Shown here piece after piece: positions 16,002-29,700 of a stretch of 64,000 nucleotides of DNA; position 1 is the stretch's first letter; every line of letters starts with the position of its first letter. Below the pieces are notes generated by a model. It was not told the DNA's origin. It saw nothing but the letters and a program-made list of their open reading frames with translations, and did no database searches. The position numbers and the translations under genes were made by a program. This DNA comes from Octopus sinensis (lineage: Eukaryota), in contig NC_043024.1 in the NCBI RefSeq assembly GCF_006345805.1, positions 7,564,001 to 7,628,000 of the forward strand, given 5' to 3'.

Positions 16002-16071
16002 CCTCTATGATTAGCTCCTTGTGGGCAATAAAGAAATAAGGATCTTGGTCTTTAAGTTAACATATGCATAC

Positions 16072-16830
16072 ATATATCATCATTTTTTTCGTCTGCTTTC
16101 CATGCTGGCATGGGTTTGACAGGAGCCACCCAGGTAGAAGACTACACCTGGCTTCTGTATGCATTTTGACATGGTTTTTACAGATGAATTCCCCTCCTAA
16201 CAGCAACCACCCTGCAGAGTAGAATGAGTGCATTTTACGTGGCAAGGTCACAGATGAGGTCAGTTTTGGCATGGTTTTCACAGCTGGATGCCCTTCCAAA
16301 TGCCAACCAGTTTACAGTATGGACTGGATGCTTTTATTAATGTGGCACCAGCACCAGCACGGTCACCAAGTAACTTGCAAGACGAGGAATTTTTGAGAGT
16401 AGAGGGGGAATTGGAGGAGGAGGTGATCTTGTGTCAGATGATGAAAGGTTGGAGTGTAACAGAGAGACAGAAACTGGTGTCTTGCTATACAGGAGGTACA
16501 TGGTTATACACACACGTGTGCATGCACACACACATGCATTGACATCATTATTTAACGTCTGATTTCCATGCTGACATGGGTTGGACGGTTTGACAGGATC
16601 TTGCAAACCAGAGAGTTACACCGGGCTCCAATTGTTTGTTCTGGCATGGTCTCAATGGCTAGATGTCCTTCCTAATGCCAACCACTTTACAGAGTGTACT
16701 GGGTGATTTTTATGTGGCACTAGCACAGGTACTTTTAATGTGGTACCAGCACAAATGCTCTTAATATGAAACCAGTACTAGTGGGGTTGCCATGTAGCTT
16801 GCAAGTATAGATGGGACCACTACATGTAGC
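16072..16830 (-). mobile_element. Two old RTE-3'-tail-type retroposon copies
   Basis: Each starts on + with (CAT)n-like tail then TTTCCATGCTG.CATGGGTT and GGATG.CCTTCC.AATGCCAACCA, diverged versions of the RTE tail at 57500-57688. Confidence 0.7.
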
Positions 16831-16870
16831 TGAGAGAATGAATGGAATTGAGGGGAGTGGCTGTGTGCCA

Positions 16871-17291
16871 GGGCGGCAAGCTGGCAGAACCGTTAGCACG
16901 TCGGGCAAAATGCATAGCGGTATTTCGGCTGCTGTTACGTTGTGAGTTCAAATTCCGCAGAGGTCGACTTTGCCTTTCATCCTTTCGGGTCGATAAATTA
17001 AGTACCAGTTACACACTGGGGTCGATGTAATCGACTTAATACCTATGTCTGTCCTTGTTTGTCCCCTCTGTGTTTAGCCCCTTGTGGGTAATAAAGAAAT
17101 AGGTATTTCGTCTGTCTTTTTACGTTCTGAGTTCAAATTCCGCCGAGGTCGACTTTGCCTTTCATCCTTTCGGGGTCGATAAATTAAGTACCAGTTACAC
17201 ACTGGGGTCGATGTAATCGACTTAATACCTATGTCTGTCCTTGTTTGTCCCCTCTATGTTTAGCCCCTTGTGGGCAGTAAAGAAATAGGTG
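16871..17291 (+). mobile_element. SINE family B, one full copy plus a tandem partial copy
   Basis: GGGCGGCAAGCTGGCAGAACCGTTAGC head, GAGTTCAAATTCCG B box; the body is repeated at 17102-17291. Confidence 0.85.
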
Positions 17292-17533
17292 GGAGGTTTG
17301 GGTATAATAGAGGGGCAGAGTCAGTTGTCTTTCTATAGATGAAACACTTGGATACCCCAGTAGGACAGGGAAGGAAAGGAGGGAAAGAGTTAGAGAGAAA
17401 GATGGAGAAGTAGATGGTGTTGCATATGTATTGCGGCTTACCTACAGGGAACCGTGGTGGGGTGAGTATAAGTAGTACAGAGGAGATAGAGAAGGATGTT
17501 CCATAAGAGTGTGAGGGTATATGTTCAGAGATG

Positions 17534-17948
17534 GGGATCTTTTCGGTTTGAACGGCAGTGTCACATGAAATTGTCACCCATAATTATGACCCTAGTATCG
17601 ATCTATTGCATTTCAATCTGTTTTAGGGTTAGGGTTAGGAGTGGAGGAAGGGTATCTTTTTTTCTTCAGAAATGTAAATTAACCCAATCTGTTTCTTAAA
17701 CGAGGGACATATTCATACGGCACAGAATGTTTTTTTTTATACCTCAATAGACGTCATTGATTGGTTGAAATTGCAGAAATTGAAGGAAAAAAAAACCCAA
17801 CAAATATCTTACAAACTATAGAATTTTCTCAATAAAGCCAAGAGAAAAAGATGTTTTATAAACACATTATACCAGTATACGAAGTTTAAAAGTGTTTAGT
17901 TACCTACAAATTATTTTTAAAAACTGCCGTTCAAACCGCAAAGATCCC
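17534..17948. mobile_element. MITE-like element with 26-bp terminal inverted repeats
   Basis: GGGATCTTTTCGGTTTGAACGGCAGT ... ACTGCCGTTCAAACCGCAAAGATCCC (1 mismatch). A half copy lies in reverse at 48111-48325. Confidence 0.85.
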
Positions 17949-18269
17949 AGGGATGGTGAGAGGAAAAATGCAGTTTGTTGTGGCGAGAGTACAACACCCT
18001 CTGAAGTATAGATGGGCCCATTACATATAGGAGCAGTCTGATGTAGTCGGCAGTTCGTAGTTTGGTCTTTGAAGTCTAGGTAGAATTTACAGTTTGAGTT
18101 AGTGTATTGGAAATACTAATTGTTGGTTCATTGCATGTTTGATACTGCCACCATTTCTATTCTGTATTGTTATAACACTGTTACAGTGTATTCTTTATCA
18201 TCAACAATATCAACCATACTATGGTTGATATTGTGGGGCGTAAGGATGTAATAGAATGGTCAGGAGTAG

Positions 18270-18715
18270 GGAAGATAGATATGTTGGAGCAGCATCCTAC
18301 GCCGCATCCTTCGTGTCTGATGGCATCACTTTGTCTCCAACAATTCGGTGCGACACCAGTGCAGAATCACCTCCCTCTGACAAGTCATCCTAACGAGACG
18401 TCTGCGTTGGCTGGGGTCACGCTCTCCGCCATCAACCAGGAGAATACATCTACGAAGCAATTGCCCCAGCTCCCCTTCAGTGTTGGCGAAAGCGATGTGG
18501 TGGACAATGAAAAATCTGGCTGATGACGGTCAAGGCTGATCTGGAACCCAACCTAGGCCCCCATATCTACGGCGTTCGCCGCTGGAATAAGGAGTGGTTG
18601 GAGGTCACGCGGTCGTTAGCCTCAAATCGCCAGGTCTGGTCGGCGTTTGTGAGAGATGCAGCATTGAGGATGACTGAAGCCAGCTCAACCCACCCCGGGT
18701 GAATGTTGTAAGAAG
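18270..18715 (+). mobile_element. Old 3' fragment of an RTE-clade LINE (distinct family)
   Basis: Translates with stops/frameshifts to ILRRILRV.WHHFVSNNSVRHQC...RRLRW.GHALR...KRCGGQ.KIWL..VKADL...ASNRQVW, the RTE C-terminal signature. Confidence 0.75.
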
Positions 18716-18774
18716 GAGGTAGGGTGTGTGGATGGGCATGCGAGAAAGAGTGGAGGGGCTCTTTTTATTTATCA

Positions 18775-19154
18775 CTAGCAGTATCGCCCGGCGTTGCTCG
18801 GGTTTGTAAGAGAAATAACTATAAAGCATTTTTAGAGAGTTATAGCCAAAAAATAGCAAAAAAATGGAAAAAAAAGTAATGGTAAATTTTTTTTGAGAGT
18901 CAAAACGGTCGAGTTGCGTCCCCTAGACAGTCTGTGGTGTGTGTTTCTGGTTTCTGATTCCAACCCCATGTCGAATTTATCGATTTTTTTCAGAACTGGG
19001 GGAACTTTTCAAAATTTTCGCTGCGTTAGTTTTGAATTATGACATTGGGCTATGTGTGTGTCAAGTTTCATCAGAATCGGTTGAAAGCCGTGGTCTCGGG
19101 TGAGGGTACAACCTGACAGACACACAGACAAACTGCCGTTTATATATAGAGAGA
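18775..19154 (-). mobile_element. Non-autonomous Helitron
   Basis: Minus strand starts A|TC and ends with hairpin CCCGAGCAACGCCGGG followed by CTAG|T, the canonical Helitron termini. Its 3' end is shared with 34698-35093. Confidence 0.8.
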
Positions 19155-19296
19155 TTTTGGAAATCTACATAAATTTATTTTTTACACATACGATAATGGA
19201 GGGCCAAATGGAAAACAAAAAACAAGAACCAAAGAATCTCAACAAATTTATTGGGGAACCCAATATCATGCAATGAAATATGTAAGGTTTAAATAC

Positions 19297-19425
19297 CTTC
19301 AGGATCATTCATAAATATCGTTGGTGGTTCATCACCTTTACATGTAATTTCTCCACTCATTGTACAATTACAGTCTGTGTCAGGAATTGGACCAATTGGA
19401 TAAAATATCCCTTCATATAGACATA
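19297..19425 (-). CDS. Exon of Cys-module repeat gene (module 5)
   Basis: Acceptor CTTTCTTATTCTGTTACAG|, donor G|GTATTT. 129 nt, phase 1-1, open: (V)CLYEGIFYPIGPIPDTDCNCTMSGEITCKGDEPPTIFMNDPE. Confidence 0.88.
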
Positions 19426-19499
19426 CTGTAACAGAATAAGAAAGTACATGAAAACATCCGTCTGTCTATGCATCTCTATCAGTGTGTGTGTGTGTGTGT

Positions 19500-19705
19500 A
19501 TAATGGATGGAAGCACTCCGTCGGTTACGGCACTCCGATGCTGGTGTGTTTATGTTCCCATAACTTTGCAGTTCGGCAAAAGAGACCGATAGAATAAGTA
19601 CTAGGCTTACAAAGAATAAGTCCCGGGGTCGATTTGCTCGACTAAAGGCGGTGCTCCAGCATGGCCGCAGTCAAATGACTGAAACAAGTAAAAGAGTAAA
19701 GAGTA
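19500..19705 (+). mobile_element. SINE family A, 3' half
   Basis: CCGATGCTGGTGTGTTTATG...AAAAGAGTAAAGAGTA matches the family A 3' region. Confidence 0.8.
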
Positions 19706-20128
19706 TGCTCTGTGTTTCTTTCAATTACTTTAAATATAACAAAGAATTTAGTAAAATAATTTATTTCTCATTAGTGTTAGGAACATAAATTGTGACTAAG
19801 GTTTGGTGGAAGATTTTGATTCAAAACTTATGAAAACAAAACATTTGTACTCAGAGCTAGAGCCGGTTTCAGCCGAGTTGGTAATGAGGAATGGAGGTGG
19901 TTCTAAGGATGGAGTACAACAGAGGGGAGAGAGCATGGCTGGAGGAAGATAATGAGGAATATTCAACTTAATCCATTTGTCCCCTCTGTGTGAAATAAGA
20001 CAGACAGACAGACAAATAGACAGGCAGGCAGATAGATAAAGGAAAAGTTTACGAAAATAAACAAAAGACCAAGGCAGGTGGAGTACAAACAAACAAATGT
20101 ATTAGTATAGCGCTCAGGAATAGAAAAA

Positions 20129-20168
20129 GTCTTTTACGTTTCGAGCCTATGCTCTTCGACAGAAAGAT
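20129..20168 (-). ncRNA. Minimal type I hammerhead-like motif (Penelope-type remnant), variant core
   Basis: Minus strand: TCTTT-CTGTCGA-A-GAGC ATAG GCTC-GAAA-C-GTA-AAAGA. Stem I TCTTT/AAAGA, stem II GAGC/GCTC, ACGT palindromic stem III; core position A6 is U. Confidence 0.5.
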
Positions 20169-20465
20169 ACACAGAAAAAAACAAGGAGAGAAAAAAATGC
20201 GTGTAGGAGCTAAGACATAGATCAATAGACAGACATAGAGAGAGACAGACACACAGACAGATAGATGAACAAACATGTATGGATAGATAGACAGACAAAC
20301 AGACAAGCAAACACACAGACAGACAGATAGAAAAGCAGGTAGAGAAATGCAGTATTATTTTATGCTATTTGTTCCATACAAAGCTGACCTCAAGCTACAC
20401 AGCAACAAATGATGATGATGGTGATGATGATGTGTCAAAACATAGAATTATAAAGACCAAAATAC

Positions 20466-20588
20466 CATCTATCGGCACATCTTGTATACCATCTTTACAT
20501 ACAACTGACGTGTTAGCTGTGCAGTTACAGTTTGTGTTAGGAATTGGTCCAACAGGAAACCTTTCGCCACCGTGAAGGCAGAAAGGAA
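20466..20588 (-). CDS. Exon of Cys-module repeat gene (module 4)
   Basis: Acceptor CTTTCTTTTCTTTACAG|, donor G|GTATTT. 123 nt, phase 1-1: (V)PFCLHGGERFPVGPIPNTNCNCTANTSVVCKDGIQDVPID. Confidence 0.88.
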
Positions 20589-20739
20589 CTGTAAAGAAAA
20601 GAAAGCTTATATATATGTGTGTGTGTGTATATATATATATATATAAATTGTGACTAAGGTTTGGTGGAAGATTTTAATTCAAAACTTATGAAAACAAAAC
20701 ATTTGTACTCAGAGCTAGAGCCGGTTTCAGCCGGGTTGG

Positions 20740-23700
20740 TAATGAGGAATGGAGGTGGTTCTAAGGATGGAGTACAACAGAGGGGAGAGAGCATGGCTGG
20801 AGGAAGATAATGAGGAATGGAGGTGGTTCTAAGGATGGAGTATAACAGAGGGGAGAGAGCATGGCTGGAGGAAGATAAAAAGGAATGGAGGTGGTTCTAA
20901 TGATGGAGGATGGAGTATAAAAGAGGGGAGAGAGAGCATGGCTGGAGGAAGATAAAAAGGAATGGAGGTGGTTCTAATGATGGAGGATGGAGTATAACAG
21001 AGGGGAGCGAGCATGGCTGGAGGAAGATAAGGAATGGAGGTGGTTCTAATGATGGAGGATGGAGTATAACAGAGGGGAGCGAGCATGGCTGGAGGAAGAT
21101 AATAAGGAATGGAGGTGGTTCTAATGATGGAGGATGGAGTATAACAGAGGGGAGAGAGCATGGCTGGAAGAAGATAAAAAGGAATGGAGGTGGTTCTAAT
21201 GATGGAGGATGGAGTATAACAGAGGGGAGAGAGCATGGCTGGAAGAAGATAAAAGGAATGGAGGTGGTTCTAATGATGGAGGATGGAGTATAACAGAGGG
21301 GAGAGAGCATGGCTGGAGGAAGATAATAAGGAATGGAGGTGGTTCTAATGATGGAGGATGGAGTATAACAGAGGGGAGAGAGCATGGCTGGAGGAAGATA
21401 AAAGGAATGAGGTGGTTCTAATGATGGAGGATGGAGTATAACAGAGGGGAGAGAGCATGGCTGGAAGAAGATAAAAAGGAATGGAGGTGGTTCTAATGAT
21501 GGAGGATGGAGTATAACAGAGGGGAGAGAGCATGGCTGGAGGAAGATAAAAGGAATGGAGGTGGTTCTAATGATGGAGGATGGAGTATAACAGAGGGGAG
21601 AGAGCATGGCTGGAAGAAGATAATAAGGAATGGAGGTGGTTCTAATGATGGAGGATGGAGTATAACAGAGGGGAGAGAGCATGGCTGGAGGAAGATAATA
21701 AGGAATGGAGGTGGTTCTAATGATGGAGGATGGAGTATAACAGAGGGGGAGAGCATGGCTGAAAGAAGATATAAAGGAATGGAGGTGGTTCTAATGATGG
21801 AGGATGGAGTATAACAGAGGGGAGAGAGCATGGCTGGAGGAAGATAAAAAGGATGGAGGTGGTTCTAATGATGGAGGATGAGTATAACAGACGGAGAGAG
21901 CATGGCTGGAAGAAGATATAAGGAATGGAGGTGGTTCTAATGATGGAGGATGAGTATAACAGAGGGGAGAGAGCATGGCTGGAGGAAGATAAAAAGGAAT
22001 GGAGGTGTTCTAATGATGGAGGATGGAGTATAACAGAGGGGAGAGAGCATGGCTGGAAGAGATAAAAAGGAATGGAGGTGGGTCTAATGATGGAGGATGG
22101 AGTATAACAGAGGGGAGAAGCATGGCTGGAGGAAGATAATGAGGATGGAGGTGGTTCTAAGGATGAGTATAACAGAGGGGAGAGAGCATGGCTGGAGGAA
22201 GATAAAAAGGAATGGAGGTGGTTCTAAGGATGGAGTACACAGAGGGGAGAGAGCATGGCTGGAGGAAGATAAAAAGGAATGGAGGTGGTTCTAATGATGG
22301 AGGATAACAGAGGGGAGAGAGCATGGCTGGAGGAAGATAATGAAAATGGAGGTGGTTCTAAGGATGGAGGATGGAGTATAACAACGAGGGGAGAGAGCAT
22401 GGCTGGAAGAAGATATAAAGGAATGGAGGTGGTTCTAATGATGGAGGATGGAGTATAAAAGAGGGGAGAGAGCATGGCTGGAAGAAGATAAAAAGGAATG
22501 GAGGTGTTCTAATGATGATGGAGGATGAGTATAACAGAGGGGAGAGAGCATGGCTGGAAGAAGATAAAAAGGAATGGAGGTGGTTCTAATGATGGAGGAT
22601 GGAGTATAACAGAGGGGAGAGAGCATGGCTGGAGGAAGATAATAAGGAATGGAGGTGGTTCTAATGATGGAGGATGGAGTATAACAGAGGGTAGAGAGCA
22701 TGGCTGAAGAAGATAAAAAGGAATGAGAGGTGGTTCTAATGATGGAGGATGGAGTATAACAGAGAGAGAGAGCATGGCTGGAGGAAGATAAAAGGAATGG
22801 AGGTGGTTCTAATGATGAGGATGGAGTATAACAGAGGGGAGAGAGTATGGCTGGAGGAAGATAAAAAGGAATGGAGGTGGTTCTAATGATGGAGGATGGA
22901 GTATAACAGAGGGGAGAGAGAATGGCTGGAAGAAGATAAAAAGGAATGGAGGTGGTTCTAATGATGGAGGATGGAGTATAACAGAGGGGAGAGAGCATGG
23001 CTGGAAGAAGATAAAAAGGAATGGAGGTGGTTCTAATGATGGAGGATGGAGTATAACAGAGGGGAGAGAGCATGGCTGGAGGAAGATAAAAAGGAATGGA
23101 GGTGGTTCTAATGATGGAGGATGGAGTATAACAGACGGGAGAGAGCATGGCTGGAAGAAGATATAAAGGAATGGAGGTGGTTCTAATGATGGAGGATGGA
23201 GTATAACAGAGGGGAGAGAGCATGGCTGGAGGAAGATAAAAAGGAATGGAGGTGGTTCTAATGATGGAGGATGGAGTATAACAGAGGGGAGAGAGCATGG
23301 CTGGAAGAAGATAAAAAGGAATGGAGGTGGGTCTAATGATGGAGGATGGAGTATAACAGAGGGGAGAGAGCATGGCTGGAGGAAGATAATGAGGAATGGA
23401 GGTGGTTCTAAGGATGGAGTATAACAGAGGGGAGAGAGCATGGCTGGAGGAAGATAAAAAGGAATGGAGGTGGTACTAAGGATGGAGTACAACAGAGGGG
23501 AGAGAGCATGGCTGGAGGAAGATAAAAAGGAATGGAGGTGGTTCTAATGATGGAGGATAACAGAGGGGAGAGAGCATGGCTGGAGGAAGATAATGAAGAA
23601 TGGAGGTGGTTCTAAGGATGGAGGATGGAGTATAACAGAGGGGAGAGAGCATGGCTGGAAGAAGATAAAAAGGAATGGAGGTGGTTCTAATGATGGAGGA

Positions 23701-26700
23701 TGGAGTATAACAGAGGGGAGAGAGCATGGCTGGAAGAAGATAAAAAGGAATGGAGGTGGTTCTAATGATGGAGGATGGAGTATAACAGAGGGAGAGAGCA
23801 TGGCTGGAGGAAGATAATAAGGAATGGAGGTGGGTCTAATGATGGAGGATGGAGTATAACAGAGGGGAGAGAGCATGGCTGGAAGAAGATAAAAAGGAAT
23901 GGAGGTGGTTCTAATGATGGAGGATGGAGTATAACAGAGAGGAGAGAGCATGGCTGGAGGAAGATAAAAAGGAATGGAGGTGGTTCTAATGATGGAGGAT
24001 GGAGTATAACAGAGGGGAGAGAGCATGGCTGGAGGAAGATAAAAAGGAATGGAGGTGGTTCTAATGATGGAGGATGGAGTATAACAGAGGGGAGAGAGAA
24101 TGGCTGGAAGAAGATAAAAAGGAATGGAGGTGGTTCTAATGATGGAGGATGGAGTATAACAGAGGGGAGAGAGCATGGCTGGAAGAAGATAAAAAGGAAT
24201 GGAGGTGGTTCTAATGATGGAGGATGGAGTATAACAGAGGGGAGAGAGCATGGCTGGAGGAAGATAAAAAGGAATGGAGGTGGTTCTAATGATGGAGGAT
24301 GGAGTATAACAGAGGGGAGAGAGCATGGCTGGAAGAAGATAAAAAGGAATGGAGGTGGTTCTAATGATGGAGGATGGAGTATAACAGAGGGGAGAGAGCA
24401 TGGCTGGAGGAAGATAATGAGGAATGGAGGTGGTTCTAAGGATGGAGTATAACAGAGGAGAGAGAGCATGGCTGGAGGAAGATAAAAACGAATGGAGGTG
24501 GTTCTAATGATGGAGGATAACAGAGAAGAGAGAGCATGGCTGGAGGAAGATAATGAGGAATGGAGGTGGTTCTAAGGATGGAGGATAGAGTATAACAGAG
24601 GGGAGAGAGCATGGCTGGAAGAAGATAAAAAGGAATGGAGGTGGTTCTAATGATTGAGATGGAGTATAACAGAGGGGAGAGAGCATGGCGGAAGAAGATA
24701 AAAGGAATGGAGGTGGTTCTAATGATGGAGGATGGAGTATAACAGGGGGGAAGAGCATGGCTGGAAGAAGATAAAAAGGAATGGAGGTGGTTCTAATGAT
24801 GGAGGATGGAGTATAACAGAGGGGAGAGAGCATGGCTGGAGGAATAAAAAAGGAATGGAGGTGGTTCTAATGATGGAGGATGGAGTATAACAGAGGGGAG
24901 AGAGCATGGCTGGAAGAAGATAAAAAGAATGAGGTGGTTCTAATGATGGAGGATGGAGTATAACAGAGGGGAGAGAGCATGGCTGGAGGAAGATAAAAAG
25001 GAATGGAGGTGGTTGTAATGATGGAGGATGGAGTATAACAGAGGGGAGAGAGCATGGCTGGAAGAAGATAAAAAGAATGGAGGTGGTTCTAATGATGGAG
25101 ATGGAGTATAACAGAGGGGAGAGAGCATGGCTGGAAGAAGATAATAAGGAATGGAGGTGGTCTAATGATGGAGGATGGAGTATAACGGAGGGGAGAGAGC
25201 ATGGCTGGAGGAAGATAAAAAGGACTGAAGGTGGTTCTAATGAGGGAGGATGGAGTATAACAGAGGGGAGAGCATGGCTGGAAGAAGATAAAAAGGAATG
25301 GAGGTGTTCTAATCATGGAGGATGGAGTATAACAGAGGGGAGAGAGCATGGCTGGAAGAAGATAAAAAGGAATGGAGGTGGTTCTAATGATGGAGGATGG
25401 AGTATAACAGAGGGGAGAAGAGCATGGCTGGAGGAAGATAATAAGGAATGGAGGTGGTTCTAATGATGGAGGATGAGTAAAACAGAGGGGAGAGAGCATG
25501 ACTGAGGAAGATAAAAAGGAATGGAGGTGGTTCTAATGATGGAGGATGGAGTATAACAGAGGGGAGAGAGCATGGCTGGAAGAAGATAAAAAGGAATGGA
25601 GGTGGTTCTAATGATGGAGGATGGAGTATAACAGAGGGGAGCGAGCATGGCTGGAGGAAGATAATAAGGAATGGAGGTGGTTCTAATGATGGAGGATGGA
25701 GTATAACAGAGGGGAGAGAGCATGACTGGAGGAAGATAATGAGGAATGGAGGTGGTTCTAAGGATGGAGTATAACAGAGGGAAGAGAGCATGGCTGGAGG
25801 AAGATAATAAGGAATGGAGGTGGTTCTAATGATGGAGGATGGAGTATAACAGAGGGGAGAGAGCATGACTGGAGGAAGATAATGCGGAATGGAGGTGGTT
25901 ATAAGGATGGAGTATAACAGAGGGCAGAGAGCATGGCTGGAGGAAGATAAAAAGGAATGGAGGTGGTTCTAATGATGGAGGATGGAGTATAATAGAGGGG
26001 AGGGAGCATGGCTGGAGGAAGATAATAAGAAATGGAGGTGGTTCTAATGATGGAGGTTGTAGTATAACAGAGGGAAGAGGGCATGGCTGGAAGAAAATAA
26101 AAAGGAATGGAGGTGGTTCTAATGATGGAGGATGGAGTATAACAGAGGGGAGAGAGCATGGCTGGAAGAAGATAAAAATGAATGGAGGTGGTTCTAATGA
26201 TGGAGGATGGAGTATAACAGAGGGGAAAGAGCATGGCTGGAGGAAGATAATAAGGAATGGAGGTGGTTCTAATGATGGAGGATGGAGTATAACAGAGGGG
26301 AGAGAGCATGACTGGAGGAAGATAATGAGGAATGGAGGTGGTTCTAAGGATGGAGTATAACAGAGGGAAGAGAGCATGGCTGGAGGAAGATAATGAGGAA
26401 TGGAGGTGGTTCTAAGGATGGAGTATAACAGAGGGAAGAGAGCATGGCTGGAGGAAGATAATGAGGAATGGAGGTGGTTCTAAGGATGGAGTATAACAGA
26501 GGGGAGAGAGCATGGCTGGAAGAAGATAATGAGGAATGGAGGTGGTTCTAAGGATGGAGTATAACAGAGGGGAGAGAGCATGGCTGGAGGAAGATAATAA
26601 GGAATGGGAGTGGTTCTAAGGATGGAGTATAACAGAGGGGAGAGAGCATGGCTGGAAGAAGATAATGAGGAATGGAGGTGGTTCTAAGGATGGAGTATAA

Positions 26701-29700
26701 CAGAGGGAAGAGAGCATGGCTGGAGGAAGATAATAAGGAATGGAGGTGGTTCTAATGATGGAGGATGGAGTATAACAGAGGGGAGAGAGCATGACTGGAG
26801 GAAGATAATGAGGAATGGAGGTGGTTATAAGGATGGAGTATAACAGAGGGGAGAGAGCATGGCTGGAGGAAGATAAAAAGGAATGGAGGTGGTTCTGAGG
26901 ATGGAGTATAACAGAGGGGAGAGAGCATGGCTGGAAGAAGATAATGAGGAATGGAGGTGGTTCTAAGGATGGAGTATAACAGAGGGGTGAGAGCATGGCT
27001 GGAGGAAGATAATGAGGAATGGAGGTGGTTCTAAGGATGGAGTATAACAGAGGGCAGAGAGCATGGCTGGAGGAAGATAATAAGGAATGGAGGTGGTTCT
27101 AATGATGGAGGATGGAGTATAACAGAGGGGAGAGAGCATGGCTGGAGGAAGATAATGAGGAATGGAGGTGGTTCTAACGATGGAGTATAACAGAGGGCAG
27201 AGAGCATGGCTGGAGGAATATAAAGAATGGAGGTGGTTCTAATGATGGAGGATGAAGTATAACAGAGCGGAGAGAGCATGGCTGGAGGAAGATAATGAGG
27301 AATGAGGTGGTTCTAAGGATGGAGTATAACAGAGGGGAGAGAGCATGGCTGGAGGAAGATAATGAGGAATGGAGGTGGTCCTAAGAATGGAGTATAACAG
27401 AGGGGAGAGAGCATGGCTGGAGGAAGATAAAAAGGAATGGAGGTGTTCTAATCTAATGATGAAGGATGAGTATAAACATAGGGGAGAGAGCATGGCTGGA
27501 AGACGATAAAAGGAATGGAGGTGTTCTAATGATGGAGGATGGAGTATAACAGAGGGGAGAGAGCATGGCTGGAGGAAGATAATGAGGAATGGAGGTGGTT
27601 CTAAGGATGGAGTATAACAGAGGGGAGAGAGCATGGCTGGAGGAAGATAAAGAATGGAGGTGGTTCTAATGATGGAGGATGAAGTATAACAGAGGGGAGA
27701 GAGCATGGCTGGAGGAAGATAATGAGGAATGAGGTGGTTCTAAGGATGGAGTATAACAGAGGGGAGAGAGCATGGCTGGAGGAAGATAATGAGGAATGGA
27801 GGTGGTTCTAAGAATGGAGTATAACAGAGGGGAGAGAGCATGGCTGGAGGAAGATAAAAAGGAATGGAGGTGGTTCTAATGATGAAGGATGGAGTATAAC
27901 AGAGGGGAGAGAGCATGGCTGGAAGATAAAAAGGAATGGAGGTGGTTCTAATGATGGAGGATGGAGTATAACAGAGGGGAGAGAGCATGGCTGGAGGAAG
28001 ATAATGAGGAATGGAGGTGGTTCTAAGGATGGAGTATAACAGAGGGGAGAGAGCATGGCTGGAGGAAGATAAAAAGGAATGGAGGTGGTTCTAAGGATGG
28101 AGTATAACAGAGGGAAGAGAGCATAACTGGAGGAAGATAATAAGGAATGGGAGTGGTTCTAAGGATGGAGTATAACAGAGGGGAGAGAGCATGGCTGGAG
28201 GAAGATAAAAACGAATGGAGGTGGTTCTAAGGATGAAGTACAACAGAGGGGAGAGAGCATGGGTGGAGAAGATAATGAGGAATGGAGGTGGTTCTAATGA
28301 TGGAGGATGGAGTATAACAGAGGGGAGAGAGCATGGCTGGAGGAAGATAAGGAATGGAGGTGGTTCTTATGATGGAGGATGGACTATAACAGAGTGGAGA
28401 TAGCATGGCTGGAGGAAGATAATGAGGAATGGAGGTGGTTCTAATGATGGAGTATAACAGAGGGGAGAGAGCATGGCTGGAGGAAGATAAAAAGGAATGG
28501 AGGTGGTTCTAATGATGGAGGATAACAGAGGGGAGAGAGCATGGCTGGAGGAAAATAAAAAGGAATGGAGGTGGTTCTAATGATGGAGGATGGAGTATAA
28601 CAGAGGGGAGAGAGCATGGCTGGAGGAAGATAATGAGGAATGGAGGTGGTTCTAAGGATGGAGTATAACAGAGGGGTGAGAGCATGGCTGGAGGAAGATA
28701 ATGAGGAATGGAGGTGGTTCTAAGAATGGAGTATAAGAGAGGGGAGAGAGCATGGCTGGAGGAAGATAATGAGGAATGGAGGTGGTTCTAACGATGGAGT
28801 ATAACAGAGGGCAGAGAGCATGGCTGGAGGAAGATAAAGAATGGAGGTGGTTCTAATGATGGAGGATGAAGTATAACAGAGGGGAGAGAGCATGGCTGGA
28901 GGAAGATAATGAGGAATGAGGTGGTTCTATGGATGGAGTATAACAGAGGGGAGAGAGCATGGCTGGAGGAAGATAATGAGGAATGGAGGTGGTTCTAAGA
29001 ATGGAGTATAACAGAGGGGAGAGAGCATGGCTGGAGGAAGATAAAAAGGAATGGAGGTGGTTCTAATGATGAAGGATGGAGTATAACAGAGGGGAGAGAG
29101 CATGGCTGGAAGAAGATAAAAAGGAATGGAGGTGGTTCTAATGATGGAGGATGGAGTATAACAGAGGGGAGAGAGCATGGCTGGAGGAAGATAATAAGGA
29201 ATGGAGGTGGTTCTAATGATGGAGGATGGAGTATAACAGAGGGGAGAGAGCATGGCTGGAGGAAGATAAAAAGGAATGGAGGTGGTTCTAATGATGGAGG
29301 ATGGAGTATAACAGAGGGGAGAGAGCATGGCTGGAAGAAGATAAAAAGGAATGGAGGTGGTTCTAATGATGGAGGATGGAGTATAACAGAGGGGAGAGAG
29401 CATGGCTGGAGGAAGATAATGAGGAATGGAGGTGGTTCTAAGGATGGAGTATAACAGAGGGGAGAGAGCATGGCTGGAGGAAGATAAAAAGGAATGGAGG
29501 TGGTTCTAATGATGGAGTACAACAGAGGGGAGAGAGCATGGGTGGAGGAAGATAATGAGGAATGGAGGTGGTTCTAATGATGGAGGATGGAGTATAACAG
29601 AGGGGAGAGAGCATGGCTGGAGGAAGATAATAAGGAATGGAGGTGGTTCTAATGATGGAGGATGGACTATAACAGAGGGGAGAGAGCATGGCTGGAGGAA

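Larger units (their letters stand above)
19785..20640. repeat. Segmental duplicate copy 1 (compact ~858-bp exon-bearing module)
   Basis: ATAAATTGTGACTAAGG... at 19785 recurs at 20643; downstream pieces (AAATAAGACAGACAGAC; GCAGTATTATTTTATGC...; exon) recur at 32525 and 33600-33880. Confidence 0.9.

Noticed and set aside
17624-17640. Telomeric (TTAGGG)n
   Set aside because: Fewer than three units and internal to a MITE; not an interstitial telomere.
17990-18165. Possible terminal exon (KWWQYQTCNEPTISISNTLTQTVNST*)
   Set aside because: No polypyrimidine tract, no module similarity, and a downstream module exon exists at 3070-3161.
20369-20575. Plus-strand ORFs MFHTKLTSS... (also 33643-33849)
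   Set aside because: Antisense shadows of the real minus-strand exons plus intron; Cys and GPIP conservation and splice signals are on the minus strand.
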